Below, one piece after another: positions 40,052 through 52,319 of a stretch of DNA of 64,000 nt (its first letter is position 1; each line of letters begins with the position of its first letter). Below the pieces are notes generated by a model. It was not told the DNA's origin. It saw only the letters and a program-made list of their open reading frames with translations, and did not search any database. The stretch is from the NCBI RefSeq assembly GCF_006345805.1, contig NC_042999.1, forward strand, positions 39,494,001-39,558,000. Direction: 5' to 3'. This DNA comes from Octopus sinensis (taxonomy: Eukaryota). The translations under genes were made by a program, and so were the position numbers.

Positions 40052-40297
40052 CTATGTTTGACTTTTGCATTATATTTGTACAAGTTGGCTCCAAGTCTCA
40101 CCCAGAGACCTCAAGAGACAACAGGTTGGAAGTTCGTGATGTTGTTATACCTAGTGTGGCATATATATGGTTTTGTATTTAGTGTTGTACTAGTGAATGT
40201 CTAAAAAAAAACGAAAATTATGTTTGCTTTAAAACTTGAGATTACATAGAGAGTAATTTGCATAGGATATGAGCAGTTCCCATGAGCACTATCTTTT
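40052..40297 (-). mobile_element. R4/Dong-like 3' end fragment (second subfamily), copy 2
   Basis: Homologous to 39720-39979; KIVLMGTAHIL; same 5' breakpoint. Confidence 0.8.
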
Positions 40298-40322
40298 GTT
40301 ATTATTATTATTATTATTATTA

Positions 40323-40374
<52 letters not shown>

Positions 40375-40375
40375 C

Positions 40376-40422
<47 letters not shown>

Positions 40423-40475
40423 CATTATCATCATTAATATTATTATTATTATTATTATCATCATTAATATTATTA

Positions 40476-40546
<71 letters not shown>
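40298..40546. repeat. (TTA)n tract
   Basis: Direct inspection. Confidence 0.95.
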
Positions 40547-40549
<3 letters not shown>

Positions 40550-40864
40550 TAGTCTCATTGATATAACGTGCTTACGCAGTACTTTAAAACAAGTTGCTTT
40601 TACTACCATTAAAATACATACACCAGTTTGTTCATTTAGAAAGCCACATCATACAAAGGAACAGGGTAAGAATGAGGAAGAGAAAATAAGGAATAAAGAG
40701 AAAATGAGAAATAGAAAAGAAAGGAAATAGGGAAAATGAAGACAGGAAGTTAACAATGATAATGATCTGTTTAACATGCGTAATGTACCATTTACGACAA
40801 TCATTGGCACTTTCTGCAAGCCTGGAATCATCATCCTCATCGTCGTTGTTGTTGTTGTTGTTGA

Positions 40865-40928
<64 letters not shown>

Positions 40929-41452
40929 GAGTGAGAGTGCAGTGCATGCCATCAAAGTGACACTGAGTAAAATACACGAAGCCCACGTCTGATAAGGGTA
41001 CACTAGGCACATGCATCACAACCATATGTGCGTGACATGGTGATCTCATATCAAGATACACAGCACATGACCTTGCAGTTAGAATTTTCTTCTGTTTGAG
41101 TAACCCGTTCAACTCAAAAGGTCTCTGATTAAGTGTTGTTTAAGGATGCTGAACGAAACACCCATGTTTCCAGAGGTGAATTATTCAAACCCCAAAGAAT
41201 CTCTCTCAACACAGCTATGATGCTCCCCCACTACTTCTGCTCGTGATCAGAGATGCACAAATCGTCAGCCACTAAGGGACATGCTCAACTGGTTATGGTC
41301 AAATAACTGACAAGCAAATCTGTGGTATTGAGCAGAATATTTGCTGTAGCCCATCTTTTACACCATGACAAAACAATGTACATGGTAAAAAATTTACATG
41401 ATGACAATGTACATGATAACAATGTACATGATGCCTGGTACTGCATCAGGGA

Positions 41453-41456
<4 letters not shown>
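40929..41456 (-). mobile_element. Non-coding (AAT)n-tailed retroposon, copy 3 (longest 5' end, internal 15-bp tandem)
   Basis: Homologous to copies 1 and 2; (TTA)n on both sides. Confidence 0.8.
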
Positions 41457-41513
<57 letters not shown>

Positions 41514-41536
41514 ATTATCATTATCATTTTTATTAA

Positions 41537-41590
<54 letters not shown>

Positions 41591-41591
<1 letters not shown>

Positions 41592-41800
41592 TAGTCTTAT
41601 TTTTATCACGGGCTTTGATTGCACTCCTGATCATAGCTCGGAGTGCCTTGGGTGCCGAGAAACCGGCCTTCGTGAGTCGGCATAATTCGAGAAAGTAACT
41701 TTACCATCAATTTTTCTATTACTGCCTTTAGTAATCCGGTCTTGTGCCACAATTTGAAACCAATAATAGTTTTATCAAATTGTTGTGGCGTCAATACAAT
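41591..41800 (-). mobile_element. Probable R4/Dong-like 3' end fragment
   Basis: 3' end ...AATAAGACTACTG(AAT)n resembles the terminus at 35992; a similar tip is at 40547. Confidence 0.45.
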
Positions 41801-41984
41801 TCAGTTGTGAACATACATTTTTTCAATCGTGCATTGCATACCTCGTATGTATCCAATGACCAGCAGTGCAATAATATCTGTTGTTACTTCATTAACCACT
41901 TTTGTTAACAGAACGGGCATCATAACATTTCAATTTTCTATATATCAAATAGTTCACATCATATCTAAGAAACAAATTATGTGT

Positions 41985-42208
41985 CTTTGTGTGTTTCTGT
42001 CTTAGTATGTCCCCCCACCAACGATTGACAAACATTGTTGTCATGTGTATGTCTGTGAAACTTAGCGGTTCGGCAAAAGCCGCGATAGAATAAATACGAG
42101 GATTTAAGATGTACAGCAGTCGATTCGTTCGACTGAAGTTTTTCAAGAAGTTTCCTGAACGTGGCCATAGTTTAATGACTGAAAAATGTAAAAGATACGA
42201 GATAAAAG
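41985..42208 (+). mobile_element. SINE family A 3' half, diverged
   Basis: ACTTAGCGGTTCGGCAAAA...GACTGAAAAATGTAAAAGA. Confidence 0.7.
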
Positions 42209-42326
42209 ATATCTAATTGTAACTAAAAAAAACTACATATAACATATATAACATTTACAGAAATGTATACATATATGCACAGATACAGACATACATACAG
42301 ACCATATTTATACATATACACACACG

Positions 42327-42394
<68 letters not shown>

Positions 42395-43049
42395 TGTGTA
42401 TACATGGTCAAGTATGCATATGTATACATGCGTGTATACATGAATATATGAGCCTACATATACACATTTTCATTAATTTGGCATTCAATTCTCATTCAGT
42501 TATTGATTTACTTTGACATTTGACATAACTGTCTATGCACCTTGACACTCACGTTATTGTCTACTACAGTTTTTTGCGATGTTTTTCATCTTAAAAATTG
42601 TATTTAAAAAAAAAAACTGTAATTTAGTATTACCGTGTAGAATTGTTCACAATAAATCAGTTTTTTTATGCTTCATAGTTCATTAATTTTATAGCAACAT
42701 ATTTCTTTAAATATAATTCACTAGAAGAGCGTAACAGATTGTGTAGAACATAATGTCTAACAATATCTAGTCACTTCCCCTTACTTTCGTATTTCACATC
42801 CTGCTATGGTCGACTTGCCCTATTATCCTTTACTCCATACACAATTGATAATTTAGGGATGGTCAAGTGCCGGGTGCCCATCCATTTGGGTATGGTTTGC
42901 TGATGTATATCTGTGACCTATTAAGTATGTTGCAAATGCGTTGTACTTAAGTCTTTGTTAACAAAAGGGACATTAACAAATACCCAGTCAGCACATGCAT
43001 ATTTCTTTCCAACCAATAACAAACCAAGAAATTATTGTACGGTATTTTT

Positions 43050-43300
43050 TTACTGACTGCTTCTGTGTTGTTGTTGAGCGTATTCGGTCTTGTGATCGAC
43101 GTTGCCTGAATAGGTGCATGGTGTATCACACACCAGGTATCGAAATGATCGCAGACCAACGTGAGATGAAGAGTGCTGATCACGAACATAGGCAACACAC
43201 GGTCTAGGAAATAAAAACAACGCTCTCGAGGACGTAAGTGCATTACTCTAACTACTAGGCCACGCATATCAAAAAATATCGTTAATAACAAAAAATATCA
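43050..43300 (-). mobile_element. Degenerate mariner transposase fragment
   Basis: MLLTIFFDMRGLV...(about 45 aa)...WCVIHHAP has the spacing of mariner ML..FFD..G.V...W.LHHDNAP. Confidence 0.5.
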
Positions 43301-44734
43301 AAATACCTAATGAAGACACTCGTAACGGTCGGGAAATCCTCCCTCCTCCGGTCATATTTGCTTTGTGTACTGAAACGCGTCCCTTGAGCTATGTATTCAA
43401 TCAGTCTGTTATACAATTGGCCCCAACTTCACTTGGCATTTCTGAAGGAAATTGTATTATACCTTAGGTCATTCAGCGATATTTAGATGACTATTCATGC
43501 CTCCAAAGACTACTTCATAGCATTTTGCTGTACGATGAACAATTCTGCAGCCAAAAAAAAAAAAGAAAAGTCTTTTCAGTTGCTGAGGGAGCGATTTCTA
43601 ATAGCTATTAACAGATGTTAAATGATTCCCTTCGTCTCAGTAGTTGACTGAAAGAATATTGCTATCGAACCTGAAAGTATGAACTCAGCAAGATTTGTTA
43701 TTAGATAGCTAAGAGCCGTAACAATCTGTTGCAAGCTCTAACAATTCTGTGATTTTATAGCCTTAGGGTGCTATAATAAAATCACAAAATAATTATGTAA
43801 GATATATGAGAAAAGAAACAAGTTAATTCATAAACGCTGGGTAGTATAACGATTCGATTTTTCGCCGAAAAATTTCCTGGGATGCGAAGGACCTTCAACT
43901 GTTTTTAACTTGTATATATTACTTGCTCTCAACTCTATGACCATGATAAGCAATAATAATCATTCAATATAAAAGAAGTATAAAGCGCCACAAAAGTTAA
44001 ATACAGGACTACATGGTGAATGTTGACTTATTCCTTCTTTTATATTTCATATCGTTATATCTCTCGGTTTATCTTATTTTCCCATAGCTTCACGCTGTCA
44101 TAACACATTTCTATAAGGTTTAAAGTGAAAATACAACGTCACTATAATGTTGTAGACAAGGCAAAATGCAATAAACAATATTGACAGAAGGGAAGATAAT
44201 TAGAGATATAGACTGCAGTCTCTGGGATGTATATTCAATGCAGTCTCATTCAGTTAAATTGTTTCGGACGCTTGAAGAATATAATTTACCTCTTAATCTA
44301 AAAAGACGATTTGCACATTTCACCGAGGCGGTAACGAAATGAGTAACGACCACCTACCAAGTGACTCAGAAATATAATTACCTCAGTCTTCTACATCTAT
44401 GTAACTGAAAAATAGTAATATACAAGTTTTCGTCCTTATAGAAATGAAGTAATGATTTGAATGCCAATTGAGTGGAAGAAAACTACATACATTAATCAAT
44501 TACTCTATATATTTCCGTCTTTCGTTTTGGATTCAATTTTGTTATCTATAAGCTTACAGTTATCTCATAGATAAATTTCCTGAAAATCAATTGGCTATAT
44601 ACTTTGGCTACATAACTCTGGTTTGTCGCAATAATTCAAATCAATAGTAATGTTTTATACCACCCAAGTAGAACATTTCGATATCGAAAGGCCAAATATC
44701 GATGACTAGTACTAAGATTTTTTTTTCGCCCTTT

Positions 44735-45029
44735 CAATCCTAGCCAGTCTCATGGGCCCGGTTTCCCGGTTTCTGTGGCGTATGTGCCCCACCCCCCAGC
44801 TTGAGGGGACGCCAGTACATCGCAGCGTTACTCAAGAAACAGGAAGAGAGAGTGAGAGAAATTTGTGGCGAAAGAATACAACAGGGGTCGCCACCACCTC
44901 CTGCCGGAACCTCGTGGAACTTTAGGTGTTTTCGCTCAATACACACACACAACGCCCTGTCTGGGAATCGAAACCGCGATCCTCCGACTGCGAATCTGCT
45001 GCCTTAACCACTGGGCCATTGCGCCTCCA
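44735..45029 (-). mobile_element. SINE with the family C head and a different 3' tail
   Basis: Head and body match 28240-28451; the tail ends CCGGGAAACCGGGCCCATGAGACTGGCTAGGATTG. Confidence 0.85.
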
Positions 45030-45344
45030 CACTAAGAGAATTTACTCCTACAAATTTGCTTCTGTTTTCACATACACAAAAGAAATCATTCTTTCATTTC
45101 CAAAATTCATTTCATTTGAGAAATAATGCAATGAATTGACACTTTTGTCTTTCATCTTTGTTGTGTTTGGTCGACACTGTTATGCCCTTCCTTGCACGCA
45201 CTGTATATCCCATTTTATAACGTGGATTATTACGAGTTTATAACAACCCAAATATAAATCACAAACAACACGTAACAAGCAATATCTTTTCTCAACGACT
45301 TCTACGAATGTCTTGGCAAAGCGCCAGCACACACCACACTGTAA

Positions 45345-47240
45345 TTCTTTATTTGGCATCTAGGCCATAACATAGAGGGGACAGCACAAGGACAGACAGA
45401 ACACCATAGTGGGGTCAAAAACGTAAAATGAATGAAAAATGAAAGATGTATAAAAATAATAAAATTAATGATGAGGAAATGGGTGCATTGATCCCCACTC
45501 TGAAGCAGTACCATTGAACAGTCAAATTATACAAATTAACTAATCTTTCTTTCACTCCTTATTTTCTTTTAGCATCGTTTTTTTTTAATTTTGAAAGTTT
45601 ATTTTTTCTCTCATTTTTTTTTTAATAAAATTTTACTTACTTTACTCTGTTCGATAGTTCGTGAAGGGTTTCAAATCTTCATACTCCACGACCGATGGTA
45701 ATTCGCCGAATTCAATTTCGAACTCTAAAGGGTCTATTCTACTTCTGAACAGTTCTTTCAGTTTCTCATATCTCTCCTTTTCACTAATTATTCCCTAGGT
45801 GTGTTCTGTATATTTCTCCGATGGCAACCTTACTCGTATAATTGATTTAAAGTTCGTGATCTTCTGCTCGAGTGCCGTACTTTTGGCGTATGTAACCATA
45901 TGCCACTTGTTAATTTCTCTTTTTAAAATCCATTTGCTTCAGCGACGGACCTGGGCTATTCGGGCGAGTCCTTTTACTTTGTTCCTTTACTGTTGCACTA
46001 ATATAAACGTCAATGTGTAAGCCTTCTACATCGTGTTGCAATGATGTTTCTGCATCCACTCTAACTTCCATTGTTGATTCTGTTGGTGTCTCGAGCCTGT
46101 TCCTTTTCTCCTCCATCTCAATCTCCTTCATCGTTTTCTGCCTCTCTGGCGGAGAGCTCACCCGCTCTTTCCTTTTCCTCCCATTCACGACAGTGAATGA
46201 TTCCTCCACTCTTTCTTTCTCTCCTAACGGCACCACCACCACTTTAAATACTATGTTATTCACTCTGTTGTTTCTGCTTCTCCTCTTAGTTTTCTTTCTG
46301 GGCCTCGCCTTCAAGTGCCCCTTTTGACCACATAAGAAACTTGATAGTGGTCTTCCTTCCACCACTGCTCTTAGTCTGACTTCTTCTGGGAGAAGGATCT
46401 CCTCAGTGATCTCGTACAAGTATTTTAAGCTCACTTGTATGGCCATCTAGAGGTCATACCCCCACCTGTTACCATGTACGCTATTTTTCCTAAGCGTTTA
46501 CTTATTATTCCTACTTCGAAACTTCCCTATCCGTTTCTGTATATTTAAAAGTCCCTTGACACCGATTTTGAAGTATTTCATCTTATTTTCGGTGTCTCTC
46601 TCCCTTTTTTTTCTTTTTCTTCCCGGTAGTAATTTCTCAGACACTGACCCGACTCTCCTGGTGAACATTAAGTTCAGTCGGCGACATACCTAATGTGGTG
46701 TTGGGGTTAGGTGTTATTCAGTAGACACTTAAGAATTGCGGCAATGCAATGTCAGCTAGTGATTAATTTCTAGATTTTCTCAGCGTCCATTTAAACGTGT
46801 CTTCGAAACATTCCGCTAGTCCAGTTGCTCTCGGATGGTATGACGGAGTAGTTATATGCTCCATTGCGTGCATTTTGCAAAAGTTTAAAAATTGCTTCTA
46901 CTTTCGTCTACGCGTATAAAATGAAAGCATCTTTACGTTCTCGAGGCACACCTCTATTGTATCTATTGCGGCAACCTCTATCTTTTTCACTTCATCCTCT
47001 GTTCTGTGCATGACTGCTTCTATTAGCCATGTTTCCTTAATCTCGTGGGGTACTCTGCCAATTCTTACTCTGGCGACGCGTTCTCCACAGTAAGCCGGCA
47101 GAAGTACCCATTCCGGTGTCGGCACAGTGGAGTGGTTTATCGCGTCTTCTTCACTGCCAAACCTTACTTCCAATGTGCAATTTCCTTTTACGGCCTTTGT
47201 GCCTAAAACACAAAGTTGCTGGGTGATTGACAACATAGCG
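45345..47240 (-). mobile_element. L1/Tx1-like element: ORF1 remnants plus 3' tail, no ORF2 visible
   Basis: RRM-like LEVRFGSEEDA...RVARVRIGRVP (46898-47236); zinc-knuckle remnant VVEGRPLSSFLCGQKGHLKA (46446-46300); ORF-like continuation to about 45640; AATAAA-containing tail at 45345-45400. Confidence 0.65.
46462..46895 (-). mobile_element. Gypsy-type LTR retrotransposon integrase fragment
   Basis: QFLNFCKMHAMEHITTPSYHPRATGLAECFEDTFKWTLRK...QFLSVY*ITPNPNTTLGMSPTEL and EVGIISKRLGKIAYMV match the integrase core (H..TPPYHP.SNG.AERFV.TFK) and C-terminus. Confidence 0.85.
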
Positions 47241-47263
47241 TGTGTTTCAATATTTCAGTACAT

Positions 47264-47421
47264 AGGCGTAGGAGTGGCCGTGTGGTAAGTAGCTTGCTTA
47301 CCAACCACATGTTTCCGGGTTCAGTCCATTGCGTGGCACCTTGGGCACGTGTCGTCTACTATAGCCTCACGCCAACGAAAGCCTTGTGAACGGATTTGGT
47401 AGACGAAAACACAAAGAATCC

Positions 47422-47508
<87 letters not shown>

Positions 47509-47732
47509 CGTGTGTGTGTATGTTTGTGTGTCTGTGTTTGTCCCTCCAACATTGCTTGACAACCGTTGCTGGTGTGTTTACGTCCCCGTAACTTAGCGGT
47601 TAAGCAAAAGAGATCGATAAAATAAGTACTAGTCTTCCAAACAATAAATCCTTGGGTCCATTTACTCGAGTAAAGGCGGTGCTCCAGCATTGCCACAGTG
47701 AAATGACTGAAACAAGTAAAAGAGTAAAAGAG
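47264..47732 (+). mobile_element. SINE family A
   Basis: Full copy. Confidence 0.9.
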
Positions 47733-47991
47733 TAACAGAAATTCCTGTTTATACACATACACGCACATATATATAACCATGTATATGCATGTGTATGACT
47801 GTAAGTAAATGTGTTGGAACATGATTGTCTGCATATAATCACAACGAGCTTTTGCACACTATCGACAGTTATTCAGAACTATCATTCTGTTTTATGCATG
47901 TAAATGTGTGTGCGATATAGAATAAATTTCAGTTTTTTCGTTTTTTCCTCTATACAGACACGGCTCTGAGAAGTAAAAAGGTGAGAGCATA

Positions 47992-48195
47992 TATTGGGTA
48001 GTCCGGAATGTTCATATCGATTTTTAAAGGAAATTAAGTGACACATGACTTCTGAATGTGGTTTTTTATGTCCTCCAAAGAATTAAAAAAATTTCCACTG
48101 AGATTATTTTGCAAGGACTTGAATAAATGAAATTTCGAAGGAGCAATATCTGGTGAATATGGCAGGTGGGCTAACATACCCCAGCCAAGCTGCGA
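47992..48195 (-). mobile_element. Mariner (Mos1/Hsmar-like) transposase C-terminus and TIR
   Basis: QLGWGMLAHLPYSPDIAPSKFHLFKSLQNNLSG matches the mariner HPPYSPD.APSD.HLF.SLQ motif; TIR-like TATTGGGTAGTCCGGAATGTT at 47992. Confidence 0.9.
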
Positions 48196-48213
48196 ATACA
48201 TATATATATACAT

Positions 48214-48381
48214 AGGCGCAGGAGTGGGTGTGTGGTAAGCAGTTTGCTTACGAACCACATGGTTCCGGGTTCAGTCCCACTGCGTGGCACCTTGGGCAAG
48301 TGTCTTCTACTATAGCCTCGGGCCGACCAAAGTCTTGTGAGTGGATTTGGTAGACGAAAACTGAAAGAATCCCATCGTATG

Positions 48382-48419
<38 letters not shown>

Positions 48420-48635
48420 TGAATATGTTTGTGTGTATGTGTTTTCCCCTCAACATCGCTTCACAGCCGATGCTGGTGGGTTTACGTCCCCGTAACTTAG
48501 CGGTTCGGCAAAAGAGTCCGATAGAATAAGTACTAGGCTTACAAAAATAAGTCCTGGGGTCGATTTGCTCGACTAAAAAGCTTTGCATAGCATGGCCGCA
48601 GTCAAATGACTGAAACAAGTAAAAGGGTAAAAGAG
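48214..48635 (+). mobile_element. SINE family A
   Basis: Full copy adjacent to the mariner remnant. Confidence 0.9.
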
Positions 48636-48650
48636 TATATATATATTCAC

Positions 48651-48709
<59 letters not shown>

Positions 48710-48936
48710 ATATATATATGCATACATATATATATATATATACAAACATATATATACATATAGGCATATATAAATCTATATGTATATATATATATGCATA
48801 TATATGTTCATGCATATATGCATACATATATATATATATATATATACGCGCACACGCATACACACACATATACATGCATATGGTACTAGATACTGTTTAA
48901 AATCATTCTTCCTCTATATTAGAGAATAAGTAGAAT

Positions 48937-50010
48937 AGATATCTAGAGGATTGTTTCATTCTTTCTTTGGCACGAAAGACTTAAAGAAATTCAAGCACTT
49001 GTGAATATGCTTGTCATAAACATTCAATTTACGATTGAATATAGTCACCAACAACTTCAATTCCTCGACATCCTCATTAAGAATTCCAAGAACAAAATAG
49101 AAAGAGACATCTACTATTAAACACACGGATTCCAAGCAATATCTGCCATTCATCTCTTGCCACCCCAGACACACTAAAATGAATATCCCTTACAACCTGG
49201 CAATAAGGATTTATACTTTTAGTACTATATAGTATCTGATGCCAGCACAAGGGATACACGACTACATGAGATAAAGTTTACACTCATCAGAAGTAACCAC
49301 CTCCTATCACTAATTGATATAGGCTTTCACGTGCCTCCACAACTGAACAACCACGAAATCAAACACCACACACTAAAGAAGGATTTACAACCAAAACCCC
49401 TACCATCCACGCACAACCCCCTAAACGATGAGCCCTTCGACACCATCCTCCAGAACATCCTTTATGTAAAGGAACATAGAATGAGTCAAAACCTCCAAAC
49501 GTTCACTATCATAACGAACAAAGGACAACCCAAATCAGAGAAAATTCTTCTAACAGATCGAAGAACACTCGTCAACAACATCGAAACCGACATTAAAAAA
49601 ATGCGGAAGACCTAACTGTGGTATATATGTGGACCTAATTGAAGGATCGGGATTCTCCTTCAAACAGGGCCAACATTTTACAGTGAAAAACAACTCAGAT
49701 GTGCTTCAGAAAATCTAATATATGTCTTAACTTGCTCAGAGTGTATGGAGAACAATACATTGGTCAAATTAAAAACAGCCTACACCAGAGGATGACGTTA
49801 CATAGATCCCAGATTAAAGTACGCGAATACAGAAAAATAGGATTAAGCGAGCACATCGATATTTGCGCCACTAACGAACAACCAAAATTTATATTTGCCC
49901 CTCTATAAGTTCAAGGAGACTGCAATCTATAATCAGCGCATTAGCAAAGAAGCCTATTTTATCGCAAAATATAAAACTATATTGAATGCCGCCACCACCT
50001 CAGATAAAAC
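48937..50010 (+). mobile_element. Penelope-like element 3' half (RT C-terminus and GIY-YIG), pseudogene
   Basis: RYLEDCFI (degenerate YxDD), FLDILIKN...DIYY, TDSKQYLPFISCHPRHTKMNIPYNLA, GEQYIGQIKNSLHQRMTLHRSQI. Confidence 0.9.
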
Positions 50011-50294
50011 TACTACAAGAATTTAGAACAATTCCAACGACTACTGCTACGACTACAAAAGGGGTCACTTTTAGGTCATTTGACTATTAAAGAAGATTCC
50101 CCTAACAATTTAATGTTCTTTCTCCTTCTCCTTCTTATTTTCCTACTCCCACTTCTCATAATCTCCTCCTTCAACTTATTTTTCTTTTTCTTCTCCTTCT
50201 TCCCCATCCGGTGCTCTTGCTTAATCAATTCTCTGTACCGAAATTATTCCTTCAGCTTTACTACTACCCAACTACGAGACATTCACAAAGAAAT

Positions 50295-50328
<34 letters not shown>

Positions 50329-50589
50329 CAGAGAGAGAGAGAGACGACAGACAGACAGACTATCTGAAGACTATCGAAATATTTATCTATTTAAAGACTT
50401 TCGAAATATCTACAAAACATTTGACGACATATTTTTCTCGAACTCCATTGTCGTTCTTACTTTATTCATAGAGGAAAATGTCTAAAAGATGGAACCCAGT
50501 AGTAAAATGAACTTCGTGATAAAGTTATTTTAGCATTTTCTACTTTGTCTTATTTTCCTTATACATAGCAACTCGTGTGTTACTTTTCT

Positions 50590-50642
50590 ACCTTCTACAT
50601 ACATACATAAACACACACACATATATATTCAGATATGCATAT

Positions 50643-50720
<78 letters not shown>

Positions 50721-50728
50721 TATATATA

Positions 50729-50782
<54 letters not shown>

Positions 50783-50842
50783 CATATCTATCTCTATATA
50801 TGATTTTGTGTGTATATTTATTTATTCAGATATGCAATTATC

Positions 50843-50884
<42 letters not shown>

Positions 50885-50890
50885 TATATT
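50590..50890. repeat. Compound (TA)n/(TG)n microsatellite
   Basis: Direct inspection. Confidence 0.95.
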
Positions 50891-52009
50891 TGTGTGGGTT
50901 TCTTTCTGTGTGCGTATGAATTTTGTATGTGCCTCTGTGTCTGTCTCTGTGGTTGTGCTTTCATGTGTATGTGTGCATGCGAGTGTGTGTTGTGTGTGTT
51001 CTTATTTTTAACAGAACGTATTTGCTAAAATGTGACGGATACGTTTTTGAGTAATAGCCTAAGGTAATAAACAGCGTTTTAAATGAGAAAGATCTATAAA
51101 CAATTTAGTCAAGTATCTATAGTTTTATGTGTATATAAAGTGGCAATATAAATTTTATCATTATTTTCCAGCTTGGAGAATGGAAAATTTCAATTTACAA
51201 ACTAGTTTTCCTCTCTCTAATTTTTAATGAACACTGTTACTTGGGGGCATTTCCCACAATAATGAAAAAATTACTTGGCACGCAACCCTGAAACACCTTA
51301 TATCTAGCGATATAATCTGGAAAGGTTAAGATTTATACATGGTAATAGATTTGTTGAGACAATCATTTTAATTTCGTTACATACTCGCTGAGAGTAAATG
51401 TACAATATAAACAAATAAATACATTTCTACGTAAAACTCTATTTCACTATATATACAGTTCCTCTCCCATTTCACATTAACCCTATATTTTGTAGCTTGG
51501 AAAATTGATACAGCATCAAATAATTCAAGGAATTTGAGGGAATTTGGCGTAAACATTTTGGAGTAGATAATTTAAGAATTACATGTCTATCATGTGTAAA
51601 TAGCAAACATTTTTACTGTTAAAATAAGTGTTAGTTGGAAAAACGATTTATTAGAAAATGAATACAAAGATGTGCTCTCCACTTTTTAAATAATGTTTGC
51701 ACTGTCAGCTTCCTCTTACATGTTTAACAATATCCTACGTATGTATAAAAGTTATGGAAGTACATTAACCCGTTTATATATATATAGTGAGAGACGTTAT
51801 AAGAAGTAATGATATCAATAAGACCCAAAGGGGTCAGGTAATGTTGAGTAAGTGATATGGATATACCATAGTTAAGCTCCAGTTTCTGTGATTATGCGAA
51901 TAAGGAGTCCAGCGTATGTCATATATCAGTATGTGTATATATAAAAAATTGTTTCAGAATGAGATAAAAAAACCTCAAGGCTGACAAGATTTAGAACATT
52001 TATAAATAG

Positions 52010-52058
52010 GTCTTATAGCTGTTTCTAAGATATATATTATATCCATTCATCGGAGACG
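52010..52058 (-). ncRNA. Degenerate minimal hammerhead motif
   Basis: CGTCT-CCGATGA-stem II-GAAA-C-AGCT-A-TA-AGAC; U4 changed to C. Confidence 0.5.
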
Positions 52059-52270
52059 ATATGAGAAAATGGTTAAGCAATAGTTAATTAAGATAAGATA
52101 CGAAATAGAGAGTGAAGTGGAGGAAGTAAAATAGATGTGAGATATGTAGGTATATAATGAATCTACAAATACAATATCCCTGCATATCTCACATCTATTT
52201 TCATTCCTCCACCTCACACTCTATTTCGTATAATACCCAAATTAACCATTGCTTAACCAACTTCTCACAC

Positions 52271-52319
52271 CGTCTCCGATAAAGGGATATAATAAATATC
52301 CTGGAAACAGCCTTCAGAC
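52271..52319 (+). ncRNA. Degenerate minimal hammerhead motif
   Basis: CGTCT-CCGATAA-AGGGATAT/ATATCCT-G-GAAA-C-AGCC-T-TC-AGAC. Confidence 0.45.

Noticed and set aside
41375-41432. 15-bp tandem repeats here and 24-bp duplications at 14575 and about 62080 as CRISPR-like arrays
   Set aside because: Simple head-to-tail duplications without spacers, in a eukaryotic context.
43306-43385. CTAATGA...GAAACGCGTC hammerhead-like motif
   Set aside because: The core is mutated and stem I cannot pair.
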